A stretch of 64,000 bases of DNA from Eledone cirrhosa (lineage: Eukaryota), in assembly GCA_964016885.1 (NCBI GenBank), contig OZ024740.1:102176001-102240000 (forward strand). The letters run 5' to 3'. The notes beneath the pieces were generated by a model that had not been told where the DNA came from, searched no databases, and saw only the letters and a program-made list of their open reading frames with translations. Of this stretch, positions 30,325-43,797 are shown piece after piece; the stretch's first letter is position 1, and every line of letters begins with the position of its first letter. The position numbers were made by a program, and so were the translations under genes.

Positions 30325-30793
30325 ATTGAGGATATATATATATATATAAATCAGTACAGAAATTACTTACTTCACCAGTCAGGAACTAATACAAAAAATA
30401 TATTTAAAAAAACATTTTAGATAAAAAGAATAATGAGGAAGGGATCTTTGATAAGGGGGTTTATTGTTATCGATTGTGTATCTATTTTTATTCACTTATA
30501 TCTTTATATTTTTACTAAGTTGTTTCGTCATTTGTTATTTACTTCTTATATATTTATTTTTTATTCAGGCAAGTGTCTGATGTGGGGGGGGGGGAGAGTA
30601 AATAGTGATAAGAATGCAATAATGAGAAACAAAATAAAAGAAGATAAATGCCTCACCCACCCCAAAAATCTGTATCTATCAATATATATATATATACATA
30701 TGTATACATATACATATATATTCATACAAATATGTTTATATATATATCTGTATATGTAGAGAGAATAGATGTAGATAGTTATACAATTACACT

Positions 30794-30831
<38 letters not shown>

Positions 30832-30878
30832 CACCATACAAGAAATTACAGATAGATGAAAGAAACACAATAAAACAT

Positions 30879-30909
<31 letters not shown>

Positions 30910-32077
30910 CATATCAAAAGAAAGAAATAAAGATAGAAGATGCTTATAATGAGGAAATGAATCACAGAAGAAAAAAATGTTTATGAATAAATAAATAAAT
31001 AGAATTAATTTAAATGGAGAGATTGGTAAACTTAGAGAAGAACTATCGATCTAATTTGATGAAGGCAAAGAAATGTTTGCATCCGTCACAGGAAAATGCT
31101 CTATTTTATAATATTGTCCTCCTTTTTTTCTTTCTCTTTCCATCTTCTTGCTCCTTTTTAAATGTCAATATTCACAAAGATAGATTGAATTTAATGGAAA
31201 TAAGGATCAATAATTTAAAAAGTATATCCATCTAAGCATTCTTGCCATGATTTTGATATATTCTATCAAGATATCAAATAATGTTTAGTTGCAGAGAAGA
31301 AATGTTAGCAATTCTTTGTCTTACAACATCAGATATATTATAGCATTTTGTTACCAAGAAAAGTCTGTACTTACCATTCAATGTGATGCATCACAGATTT
31401 TATTCCACTGCCTTTCAATCAAAAGAAAGTGAAGAGTGACTTTGATGATGAAAACCACTTATCTTTTATAACTAGATTCTCTCCTAAATTGCAATGTTTC
31501 ATGCAGTATTTTTAGATTCTACACTTGATGTTGTTTTGATACTTTAATAATCTTAAACTTTCTTCTTTGATCTTCATCTTGATCTCAGTTGCTTTTTTGG
31601 TACACATCACATTTATCTATGTGTTTTGTTCTGTGTACTCTGTGTATGTATGTAGTATTGAAATAACTTTAGAAATGAAACATTTGAACCACATTTCCAT
31701 AGGTCTTCAATAGAGAATTCACAGCTAATGAAGCCAAAGCCCTGTACATAACATGAGCACAAAACAATTAGAAGAAAACATAGTATTGGTTGTTATTGTT
31801 GTTAGTGTTGTTATGTAACCCCCTCTTAGTTTAGATTGAGCAGACCTATAGTCACATGTGTTTCACCCATGACAACTCCATCTTTTTTCAAGCACTGTGT
31901 ATCCAGGATTACATTTTAAAATGTGTCCTGTTTTAAAGGAAATTTGGCTGTTGTTTCTGGAAGGTTGAGCAACCATGCAGTAGTCTCTTGTTAATGTGTG
32001 GTTGTTGTTGTTTAGCCCCAGATCTACCATTATCAAGCAAACCTGTTAATCAAAGTATTGGCTATTCCCTCTTTTTC

Positions 32078-33190
32078 TATAGAATAGAAAGAACTAGGAA
32101 CAAGGCCAATAGAGTAAACTCATGGTATGATAGCAATAAATACCAGAGTGTAATATTCATCAATACAACCCCTAGAGGCGAACTAGCCTACAAATTTAGA
32201 AGGGCCCTAAATAAACATAATCTCAATATTAAGATAGTAGAAAGACCTGGTACCTCCGTAAAAACACTTATTAGCAAGACATACCCGTTCCAAAGACCCT
32301 CATGTATAGATAAGAAATGTATAACCTGTAAAATAAGCCCCCATATTAACTGTAAAACTAGAAATGTAGTGTATAGCATAAGATGTACTGAAGGACAATG
32401 TAGAAACAAAAATATAGTGTACATAGGTGAGACAGCTCGTAGTATAGGGGAACGAATAAATGAACACTGGCGAGACCTCCAAGATAATAAAGAATCATCT
32501 GTGCTCTACCAACATGCTAAGATAGAACACAGGGGTAGATTAGAGAGCATAGAAATAAAAATAGAATCCACGCACAGAAAAGACGCAATGTTTAGGCAAA
32601 TTACAGAGGCAGTAAGCATAAAAGAATTAAAACCAAAATTAAATAGAAAATATGAGTGGAACAGCAACATCACAACTTACAATTAAGGACAAAATGAAAA
32701 CACACACACACATAGAACAAACAACTTACAATTGAAAACACACACAAAAGGAAAACACACACAGGACAAAATGAAAACACACACACACATAGAACAAACA
32801 ACCAACCAACAATAAATAAATAAACAAATAGAAAAATGAACACAAACACACACAGACACCCGGATGTGGCACATGCGCAAACTGAGCACACAACACACAC
32901 ACAGAAACAAAATGGCGTAGGATAAAAGAAAGAAAAGGCACAGAAACGAAGAAAGGAATCCCCAGTCACTGAAGAGGTCACAGAGTGTGTGACGAAAGGA
33001 CTATGACTATATATATAAACAACTATCTGGTTGTGGAACCAACCAACCAACCAGAAATTTATAAGTTTGTAAATTTGTAAATTTATAAATTTATAAATAT
33101 ATAATAAATTGAAGTGAAAGCAACTGGTGCGTGTGTTTCTTATTGGCAACATGACCCTCCCAAAGTATAACAATATCGGTTTCAACACAC
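32078..33190 (+). mobile_element. 5'-truncated Penelope-like element (Neptune-like), GIY-YIG C-terminus plus terminal region
   Basis: ORF to 32686: IKIVERPGT, Cys linker CxxxxCxxC...C, NVVYSIRC...YIGETARSIGERINEH, HAKIEH, RQITEAVSI...PKLNRKYEW; hammerhead downstream. Confidence 0.88.
32964..33008 (+). ncRNA. Minimal hammerhead ribozyme of PLE terminal repeat
   Basis: AGTCA CTGAAGA G GTCAC AGAGTGT GTGAC GAAA GGAC TA TGACT; CUA triplet, predicted cut after 33003. Confidence 0.82.
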
Positions 33191-33703
33191 GATTTCAGAT
33201 AAAGAATCTTGCTAAACAAATTCAGAAACAAAATATTTTTGTATATTTACAAGTAAGCATTCAATGTTATTAAAACATGGATCTCAACCTCACATGAAAG
33301 ACTTGAATGATATTATATGAGCCTTAAGTGTGCCCTATAAACCACCAGGTACAATATTTCATACACATACCCTCCAAGAGAGCAAAACCAAAGGTGATCC
33401 CTGGCACTAATTCGAGATACCAGAACAATATAAATGTATTATAAACAACTTGAATATTTCTACAAGTACATTGTACCTGTTGAAGTATCCATCCACTTCT
33501 ATAATTATTCTCCTTATGTAGAGAACAAAACGTTGAATAATGCTGCTAATTTTAGTGGCAGTCCGACATGTTTATAATATCCAGCTTTTATCAGCGACCT
33601 GATTATGCGTGTGTGTCATTTTAACGGCTTGACCGCATGCGTTGGGCAGGGAGCATAATATTTACTTGCTATTAGGCTTGATACCTTATGGCGTGGAAAT
33701 AGG

Positions 33704-33784
33704 GCTGTCTGAAGATTCATTTCTTTCCATTGGAAATTCGTTGGATTTTCAATCTTTCGGAATGATGAAACCCTCGGTAACAGC
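33704..33784 (+). ncRNA. Hammerhead ribozyme in pLTR-like direct/inverted repeat unit
   Basis: GCTGT CTGAAGA [stem II] GAAA CC CTC GG TA ACAGC; GUA triplet, predicted cut after 33779. Confidence 0.8.
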
Positions 33785-34739
33785 GTCTGAACAGGTGATT
33801 ATTTAATCATTTTTTAATTTATTTAGAAAATTGTTTAATAACCGCTTGCTTCGCTACTTTTATATTGTTCTGGTATCTCGAATTAGTGCCATTGAACCAC
33901 ATGTATTATAAACAACTTGAATATTTCTACAAGTACATTGTACCTGTTGAAGTATCCATCCACTTCTATATATATATATATATATATGGTGGCTGCCAAC
34001 TCGTTTTCGAGTACGGCCACTACTTTATATCCATGTAGGAGAACCCCTACCGATGCGCTGAACGAGTGTGGCTTTTTAGTACAGACAGCGACTTGAAAAC
34101 TCTGGTACAAACACTATACTTGTGACAATTATTGGCACATAGTGCTGGGCCCATGGTATCATGTGACGACAAGTGCAGAGAGATCTCCCGATATAAAGCA
34201 ATGCCTGTGCCGTGAAGCTTTTATAGTGAGCAAAGGCACTGCACAAAGCCAGTCCCACTCTCTTAACCAAGATGATATTTACCAAAAAGAAGAATAAGTC
34301 AACATCATTGGATACCATCAGGGTTGCAGGTGTTATATCAGAGTTTTCCTTCTCCTAGAATTCTGCCTTGACATATATATATATATCCATACATACACAT
34401 ACACATAAATACACAAACACACACACACATATATATATATATATACACACATATATATATATATATATATACACACATACATACACACATATATACATGC
34501 ATACATACGCACACACATATATAGATATATATATACCTACATACGCACACACATATAATTATAAGAATAAATAAAAATCATTGAACAACCATATAATGCA
34601 ATAGGCTGTCACATACAAATAAAAAAATAAAAAATAAGAATTAAGAAGATAAAAATTATTATTAAGTTGACAGCGATACAGAAAGGACACAAATAAAAAT
34701 AAATAAACAAACACACGTGGTAAGCAAATGCGCAAGATG

Positions 34740-34784
<45 letters not shown>

Positions 34785-34918
34785 GAGGTTATATTTAATT
34801 TGTTGGGTTTCAACAAGCTTAAACATTTTTTAGAACTGATATTTATAACTATCCAGGAAGCTCCAACCGTCTTTTTTCAGGGTATGTCAATATTTATTTA
34901 TAAAACTAATCTGTATTG

Positions 34919-34984
34919 TATTTTATCTGATGAAAGCGCACCATAATTTGCCTTGGTGGCCCTTGAAATATGTATAATAAAATA
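34919..34984 (+). ncRNA. Minimal hammerhead ribozyme
   Basis: TATTTTAT CTGATGA AAGCGCACCA..TGGTGGCCCTT GAAA TATGTA TA ATAAAATA; perfect 8-bp stem I, AUA triplet. Confidence 0.8.
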
Positions 34985-35585
34985 AATATGGTTTTATAAA
35001 TATAGTTTCCATTTGTTAATATATTGTATATATATATATATATGTGTGTATATATATACAGGCATACACATCCACATACATATATACACATACACACAAG
35101 AATACACACACCTAAATATATACAGTACAAACATATACACATAAAAGTGTATAGATACAAATACATATACACGCACACATAAATACATACATGTATATAT
35201 ATACATATACATATACACATATACACACATACATATATACATATACATACACACACATACATATAAAAAACATACACACATATATAAATCATATTCATAC
35301 ACATTGATACGCATGCATATACTCACAATCACACAAATAGGAACATAAATATAAATGTAGGTGAATATACATAATCGAAAAACATATAAAAACATTCACG
35401 TACACATATGCATGAGAAAAATTACATACAACCACATACACACATATAATTATAAAAAATTGAAAACCTATATATAAAGATATACATACATACACACATA
35501 CGCATAAGTACGTACACATACATACATACGCACATATATACATATATATACATATATATATACACAAATACACACATATACACAT

Positions 35586-35668
<83 letters not shown>

Positions 35669-35872
35669 TATATACATAAAAATACATAAATATTATATGT
35701 ATATAAAAATAAAAAGGTGGAAGGGCTATTCAAATAGTTGGGAATACGACAAATAATAAATAAATAAATAAAGGTATAAATGTTTATAGCTGATTTATAA
35801 GGGCACAGAAAGTGAGTTCAGAGAGTAATAAAAATCGTAATGGATGTAAGGCGTAAAGAGCAAAGAAGAAGT

Positions 35873-37185
35873 TCAAGGTGGTTGAGTCATCGTAGGAATG
35901 TCAATCCAGTTACAGAGCAGATGTGATTTTAGGTGAGGACAACATCTGAAGATCTCGGTCTTGGAGTTCAGGCAAGTTGAAGTGGCTTTCAAATTTTGTA
36001 GAATTCTAAATTTTTCAGTGGTATACAAAGAACAATTCTTTGTGCCTCTTTGGTATTCCCTCGAATGGTCTAAAATAGACCAATCGATAGAGTACGGGAT
36101 ATTTTTATCTTTGAATTCCCACACCTTATTTGCGAGAGCCGTTGCTGTTCTTTTATCAGAGTGTTTAAAAGAAGCGACATGTGCATAAAACCTGGTTTTG
36201 AACTTGTCCTGAGTCATGCCAACATATCGTTCACTCCTTGCTGGCTGGCTGGTTGTCACTTTGGCCTCATATACAACGGATTTGGTATTACATTTGCCCT
36301 GTAATGGGCATTTATCCGGCTTCCTGCAACTGCATCCTGAATTTATTCTCGTACGATTAGAGTTGGTGATTTTAGACTTCATTGATGGGTAGCAAGAGTA
36401 ACTGATTTTAACTACTTTTCTATTAAATATCTTATAATATCTATGAATAGGGGGAAATGTTTGTCTAAGAGGTCAAGGAATTTCCTTCCTACATTAGTTT
36501 TGACAGTTAGAGAGAAGGGGGTGTAAACCAAATAATTTTCCTTTTCCTATTATTGTGGTTAGTTTTAGGGGGAGGAGTAGGTAAATATTTAATATGTTCT
36601 GTAAAGCCGCTGTTATTGAGGGCTTTATTTTAATAAGGGGCGGCTTTGTTAAAAATGTCTAGAGACGAAGATAAGGTAGAAATCCTACGGCTAATATTGG
36701 GGATACGATTTTTAAAAACTATAGGGGGATGGCAAGACTCTTTGTGTATATATCTTAGATTTTCGTTAGGTTTATGATAAGGTTTAAAAGAGGTAGTAAG
36801 TAGATCAAGATTAATGTCAAGAAAGTTAGCATTGGTAAGGTTCGTATCTATAGAAATTTTAAGGTTTAGGTTAGCAAAAGTATTGATTAAATCTTTACGG
36901 AATTTATCAAGGTTATGGCCGTTGGTGGTATGAGAAACTGCCAATCCGTCGTCACGGTATAAACCGATATTATGGGAAGGACATTTCTTTTTAAGGGTGT
37001 GGAGAAGGAATAATCCTACTAAGTCACACACATCCGCACTGTCATATGAACCCATTGCAACATCAAAAGAGTTTTCAGGGCTTGACTTTTTAACCCAAAT
37101 ACTTTCATTAGTAAAGAGTAGAGTTTTCCTAGCATGAAAGATAATGTCTTCTTCTAATTTAGAAATATTAATGAAAGGTCTTGCA
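35873..37185 (-). pseudogene. Second, divergent Penelope-like element: frameshifted RT-thumb-GIY-YIG
   Basis: RT MGSYDSADVCDLVG, GLYRDDGL, NFLDINLDL, ESCHPP; linker KIIWFTPPF...DKHF; EN CSCRKPDKCPLQGKC..VVYEAKV...YVGMT..FKTRFYAH, EK..I, LN...CPH. Confidence 0.85.
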
Positions 37186-37257
37186 TCACCATACCGAGAA
37201 CAATTGTTTCACCTTAGCGGATCCGCTAAGGTGAAACAATTGTTCTCGGTATGGTGA
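37186..37257. repeat. Perfect 72-bp palindrome at the PLE 5' truncation
   Basis: TCACCATACCGAGAACAATTGTTTCACCTTAGCGGA|TCCGCTAAGGTGAAACAATTGTTCTCGGTATGGTGA. Confidence 0.92.
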
Positions 37258-37418
37258 ACTAACTGTTGTGTTACCACTTCTACCTAACTCATCCCATGGA
37301 CTGAGTGCTCTACCACTACGGATATTACCATCCAGTGTTCTACCTCTCTCTCTTATATATATATATTTATACACCCACAAACACATATATAGATACATAT
37401 ATACATGTGTGTATCTAT

Positions 37419-37454
<36 letters not shown>

Positions 37455-40400
37455 GCGCGTGTGCGTGTGTGCGTGCATATGTATGCTCTAGTAGATGTAT
37501 AATGTTAGTGAGCATGAATGAAATAGTGTAAGTGCACTGAGAGAAAAAATAACAGTATAAGGAGAATTGGATGTAGTGTGTAAGAGAGATACCTGCACTG
37601 AACCAAACTGGATATGAGATGCATATGGAAGATAACAGCTATGTAAAGAAGTGCAGAGAAATCTCAGTGGATGAGACTTGTGAAAGTGATAAATGTAGAA
37701 GGACATAAAATGAAGTAGTGAAGGGTGACCATAGAAAACTGAACCTCATGACAAAGAACTGCGGTAACTTGTAACATGCAGTTCTGGAGAAGATCCACTA
37801 TAAAAACAAGATGCCCTTCAATTTCTGCTATAGTATTCATTATCCCTCACCTATTTAATGCATCTTCTTAAATAGATATGAGATAGCCTGTCCTGACCCA
37901 TTCAGGAAACATTTTGTCCAGTGCTCTAATAATTCTACCAATTGAAATAATGAAAATATATATATTTCATACTCATCCAGCTGTACCAACACTACAATGG
38001 ATCGGACACAATTCTATCACAGAACCATAAGTTAAGTTACTACATCACTAATTAAATAATATCTAATTTTAATAAGTCCTTCAAAATTATTCATTAATTA
38101 ATTGAAATAAAGAGTATGTCATTAGAAATATGGTTTTGAAATGGTTAATGAACTGGGTTAATGAACTAAAATTTTCCTTTTAGATGAAAAAAGAAACCAA
38201 AAAGAAAACAAATATCTTCATTCATTACTGACTCATAAAGAAACAGGGGAGATCATTTCAATAAAATAAGAATTAATAAAAAAAAAAAAAAACATTTCAG
38301 CCTTCTCAAATTTTAAAAACAATCAACTTTTTATATAAAAAAAGATGAATATTTAACTCTGCCATATGTGTTGAGTTTGTAATCAGAGAATGTTTAATTT
38401 CGTTTTACTAAAACATATACAATATATGTTTTAAACATATGGAATTTCAACAGTTTTTTTAAATGTATACGATTGTCAGAAATTTATAGAGAACGATGAA
38501 ATACAAAATTTCTTTTGAATTAGTAAATTTTTTTTTTTAGTGTTTTATTCTAAAGTCCACTCATGTAGGACTGAAGGTACAGTCTGAAGGAAAAAAAATT
38601 ATATATTCTTTGTTATACACTTGTGACTTCTACCTTTAGTGTTGTTAATTATTATTTTTATCTTTATGTCAAAATGTAAACAATCATAGACCATGACAAG
38701 ATTTGACTTCAGAGAACTGGAACAAATTCCCTAAGACATTTTCCCCTACACTCTAAGAATTGCTAATTATGTCTTTGATTTCAATTTATAGTTAATTCTT
38801 TATATATGTAGACTGTATTCTACTACACACACTCACATATATATATATACATGTGTGGTTCATATTTCCATAGCTACTTATCTCCTTATTTAAGTAGAGC
38901 TAACTATATTTTTTCTGGTTAAATTTACATTAATTAAACAGCAGTTTGAAAGATTAATCAATATATAATTCTAGACTAATTTTCCTTGGTAAAACTTGAA
39001 AATCCATCTCATTAAAACTTCACAGCTCTAGAGTCAGCTTGTACATGCCATTTGCAGTAGGTCTCCGGAACATAGAAACTTTCACTGATTGTGCTTATGT
39101 CAGTAAATGATGTTGGCAAAATGGATTCATGCCTTTGGAAGACAGATTGGCTCTAAGATCAGGCTGGTCAAATTCTGTGTGTCACAACAGCTATACATTA
39201 GCATAAGTGTAAAAATATATAACCTTGTTAGATGATATAATAATAGTTACATAAAAATGTTGGATTCTAATTTAGACACAAGATCAACAATTTAGTGAGG
39301 AGAGGATCAATCGATTACATTGACGTTGGGTATTTTACTGGTACTCTATTTTATTGATCCTGGAAGAATGTAAAGCAAAATTGACCTCAGCAGAAATTGC
39401 ACTCAGAATTTAAAGAGCCAGAACAAAATGCTGCAAAATATTTTTCTGACTCTCTAAGGATTCTGCCCTTTCATTAGCTTTAAACATGTGTAATAATAAT
39501 TGTTTCTTCTTTTGGAACATGGCCAGCAATTATCTCAGTACATCACTGGTACTTTATTTTATCGACCCCGTAAGGATGAAAGCAAAGTTAACCTCGGCAG
39601 GATTTGAATTCAGATCGTAAAGGGACGTAACTGTGCTGAAACCATTATTATGACTTATATTTCAATCTTTTCGCCAGACAACCCCCCAAAAAATGTTTAA
39701 AATAGGGAAATTGAAAATCTTAAAAAAAGCAGGGCCTGATAAAATCACAAATATACACCTAAATTACTGAAGTTTTAGGGTAAAAAAAGCACCATAAAAT
39801 ATATTTCAGCCAGACATTTCATAGTTGTTGTTTTATCCTAGGTCATTCATGAATGAGCAAACCTATGATTAGAGGCATTTCAGACAGTACCCATGCCAAC
39901 TTTTTATTATAGGAGAGACTTCATTGTCTAAAGCAAAAGTTGTCAACTCATTTCGGCCAAACGCCCCCTACCCTATTTTTCCATTTTTCAATATAGTATT
40001 GATATCAGTAGATAACTGGGCCAAATCAAGTTATGTTAGAATCTTTAAAAAATACTCATACGAATTAAATACAAAAAAGTTTCAGTCCAAAACAAAAGCA
40101 AGCTATTTCAAATTAGATATTTTTGAAAAAAAAAAGATTTGATCTCAGTCGAAAAAGCTTTTTTTTTTAAATTCTATATTTCACTGTTAGCTGTTGTAAT
40201 ATTTTGAGTGGATAGACAATTCTACAATTCAAACTGTAAAGTCAAAATACAAAAGATGCAAAATATGAAGAATTTCTTACCTTTCTCTGAAATCACAAAC
40301 TCAGAGGCAAAATAGTACTTTGCAAAATAAAATACCTCGTAGCAAAATAAAATACTTAGTAGCAACGAAGGAATTGAGAAGCTTGGTGACAGTGAGAAAG

Positions 40401-40795
40401 CCATATCTGTATCCCTTATATATATACATAGATAGATACACGCACACACACACACATACACATACATAAATGTGCACGCACGCGCACGCACACACACACA
40501 TATACACACAGACATATATACACACACACAAACTTGTGTGTGTGTGCTTTGGTTTTGGTACAGAAAGAATTTTGTCTCCAGTTTTTATTGCCAGGTGAAA
40601 GGCCACTGCTCTTTTCAAAACGCCAAATAACAACGCCATATATATATATATAAATGAAGAGAGAAAGAGGGAGGGACAAAGAGAGTAAGAAATGTGTGTG
40701 TGTGTGTTTGGTACACGTCTATCTATTTATATATATCCAACAGGGGGCTCAAACATGGTAGACCAGACTGAAAAGAAAATATATATATGTGTGTG

Positions 40796-40836
<41 letters not shown>

Positions 40837-40919
40837 GGAGGTGAGTTTTATTGTAGTACAATAAAGCAATGCAGATATCGGATAAGAAGCACTCTACAGT
40901 TTGTAGGACTAGAGTATAC

Positions 40920-41263
40920 ATAATATATAAGATCAAAAGATGGTTAAATGAGTTCCATGTATTTTATTATGCGCATTTCAAAAACAAATATCATCATGCA
41001 ATAACATTTGTGTTTTCATCAGATAAAATATGAGGACATGATATGAAGGTTAAAAACACTTGTGGATAGTGCAGTTTTAAATCAACATATCTATATGTTG
41101 ATTTAAAACTGCACTATCCACAAGTGTTTTTAACCTTCATATCATGTCCTCATATTTTATCTGATGAAAACACAAATGTTATTGCATGATGATATTTGTT
41201 TTTGAAATGCGCATAATAAAATACATGGAACTCATTTAACCATCTTTTGATCTTATATATTAT
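40920..41263. repeat. 344-bp palindrome (171-bp arms, 2-nt loop)
   Basis: Arms read as exact reverse complements about CT at 41091-41092. Confidence 0.93.
41153..41223 (+). ncRNA. Minimal hammerhead ribozyme (mirror copy on minus strand at 40960-41030)
   Basis: TATTTTAT CTGATGA AAACACAAATG...TATTTGTTTTT GAAA TGCGCA TA ATAAAATA; palindromic stem III. Confidence 0.82.
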
Positions 41264-41398
41264 ATATATATATATATTTATATAACGGCTCTGTTCTTGT
41301 ACATTGCGCTAATACAATACTGTCATAATAAAACACTGTGCATGTGCGTTTATGCATATATGCTCCGTGCTATACGTAAATAAATATATATATATATA

Positions 41399-41502
41399 TA
41401 TTGTTATACTTTGGGAGGTCATGTTGCCAATAAGAAACACACGCACCAGTTGCTTTCACTTCAATTTATTATATATTTATAAATTTATAAATTTCTGGTT
41501 GG
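41399..41502 (-). mobile_element. Solo terminal fragment of the Neptune-like PLE
   Basis: Reverse complement of ~33047-33175 (GAAGTGAAAGCAACTGGTGCGTGTGTTTCTTATTGGCAACATGACC...). Confidence 0.85.
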
Positions 41503-41725
41503 AACGAGTAGGACCCCGACGGTTGTAATTCTGGACTAAAAAAAAAAATTTTTTTTTTTAGTCCAGAATTAGCCGTCGAAACGGCTTGAGCTCAGCCGCC
41601 GGGGTCCTACTCGTTCCTATTACCCACTCTACTACCCTAAGTATTGAGTACTTTGGTGCTTTATGGTCCACCTGGTTCCTTACCACATTTCCTCCGTTAT
41701 ATATATATATATATATATATATAAT

Positions 41726-41760
<35 letters not shown>

Positions 41761-41761
41761 A

Positions 41762-41973
41762 ATCCTTACACACTTAAATTTAAATGCATGTATATATATA
41801 TGCAAATGTATAAATGCATAGCTATATACATACGTAAATGTATGTATGTAGATTTATATATATATATAAATCTATATACATACATATATACATACATACA
41901 TTTACGTATGTATATAGCTATGCATTTATACATTTGTATATATACATGTATTTATATTTAAGTGTGTAAGGAT
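41762..41973. repeat. Imperfect AT-rich inverted repeat (~90-bp arms)
   Basis: ATCCTTACACACTTAAAT... pairs with ...ATTTAAGTGTGTAAGGAT; inner AAATGTATAAATGCATAGCTATATACATACGTAAATG mirrored. Confidence 0.8.
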
Positions 41974-43324
41974 GTTGACATGATTATTTATGTTGTTTTT
42001 TTTTTTGGGGGGGGGGTACGGAGAAAATTCTGTCTCCAGATTTTATTACCTAGGGAGGTTAAATACCACAGCTCTGGCTGAAAGCTGACCAGGTTCTCAA
42101 CCTCATCAAACACTAACGCAGGCCTGAGTGTGTATATGTGTGTGTATATGTGTGTTTGTGTGTATGTATGTATGTATGTATATATGTATGTACGTATGTA
42201 CGTATGAATGTGTGTGTATGTTCATCACCATTGCTTCTTTTTGTTGCCATTTCTGTTGAAGTTGTTCTTGTAACTGTTGTAAAAGTTGACGTTCTTATTT
42301 TTATTTTCTTTGATTTCTTTCATTTTTCTTTTATCTCCCTAGGGAATTCGTTGACAAGCTTCTTTTATTTATTTTCTTCGTTTTCTTCATTCAAATGCAT
42401 TCACACTGGCTGTCTAAGAGACGTACAAATATGACTTATAAAACTTACCAAACTAAAGGAGCTTTCAGCGCTCCCCAAAGCTTCAAACGCCCCCCCCCCC
42501 TAACGCCTCCTTGCTCCAAAACGCCTCCCTGGAGCTACGAAAAGACCCCCGGGGAGGGGGGGGATATCCCCCCCCCCCGTTGAGAATTTTTTAAATGTTG
42601 GTACAGTGTAACTTGAGGGACATTTGACAGCTATTTCTGACAGTAGGAGCAACTGCAAAAAGATTCTGTCATCAGGTAATAACTCATAGATGTATGGTTT
42701 ACAGTCAGGAGAGCATCCAACTGTAAAATGTGTCACCAACCGCAGTTTTTAGGCAAATATCTACAGGTTTTCAAAAGCTATTATACTAATGAAAGCATTA
42801 TAATTAAAATAATAAATAAATAAATATGTCAATAAATGAAATAAACAGATTAAAATCCTAAGAGAGAATGGTAAAAGTAAGTAAAAATCATTGCTTGAAA
42901 CTGCAATTGATTTGCAAGGAATTTCAATGAAAAAATATCAAGCGGCTGCATTTGCTATAAGCAAATAATATTACTTTATAGAAAATCCCAACAGCTTTAA
43001 TTCTCATCAGCTCTTAATTTTAGGGACAATGTTTCCTTCTATTATCCTCTACCTCTACTACCACCTAATGGTTGCGATATGTTTCTGAAAGAAATCAATA
43101 AAGCTATTCAGCAGAGAATACTTACTAGTCACATGATTATTCAGTTATCATAAATATGACAACATGTTTGTTATTGATACATTTAGATTTGTTTTTCTGC
43201 TTTGGTCTACTTTTTTTATTCATCCCACCACCACACTGCATATATATATATGTATATGCACACACACACTTACACTGGCACATATATATATATATATAAA
43301 TATATACTAATATATGCATATATA

Positions 43325-43676
43325 TCATCACCACTGTTTTACGTCCGTTCTTCCATGCTAGCATGGGTTAGACAGGTTGTCCTGTTGTGGGCAGTGTCTG
43401 GTTGGCTGACCTTGTCTTGCTCATATGGGAACTGATTCTGGCTTGATTTCTACAGCTGGATGCCCTTCCTAACACCAACCTCATTTACAGTGAGTGCTGG
43501 GTACTTTTTTGCCGTTTCACTTCCACGACCACTTTGCAGTGGAATGATAGGGACCCCAGTCCTATCATCTCATTTCTACAGTAAACTGGAGCAATGTGAA
43601 ATAAAGTGTCTTGCTCAAGGAAACAACACATCACCCGGTCGGAGAATTGAACTCACAACCTTTAAGCCATGTGCCT
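43325..43676 (-). mobile_element. tRNA/CORE SINE type A variant (longer RTE tail, deleted head)
   Basis: Family match; a head-only fragment on + at 43935-44040. Confidence 0.82.
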
Positions 43677-43797
43677 ATATATATTTATATATATATATAT
43701 ATATATAATGTGTGTGTGTGTGTGTGTGTGTGTGTGCCTATATATATATATAGTGACGAAACATAAGTCAATTGCATGAACTCATAATCCTTTATTT

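Noticed and set aside
31988-32077. N-terminus of the 232-aa ORF
   Set aside because: Upstream unrelated repeat sequence that happens to be in frame with the truncated PLE ORF.
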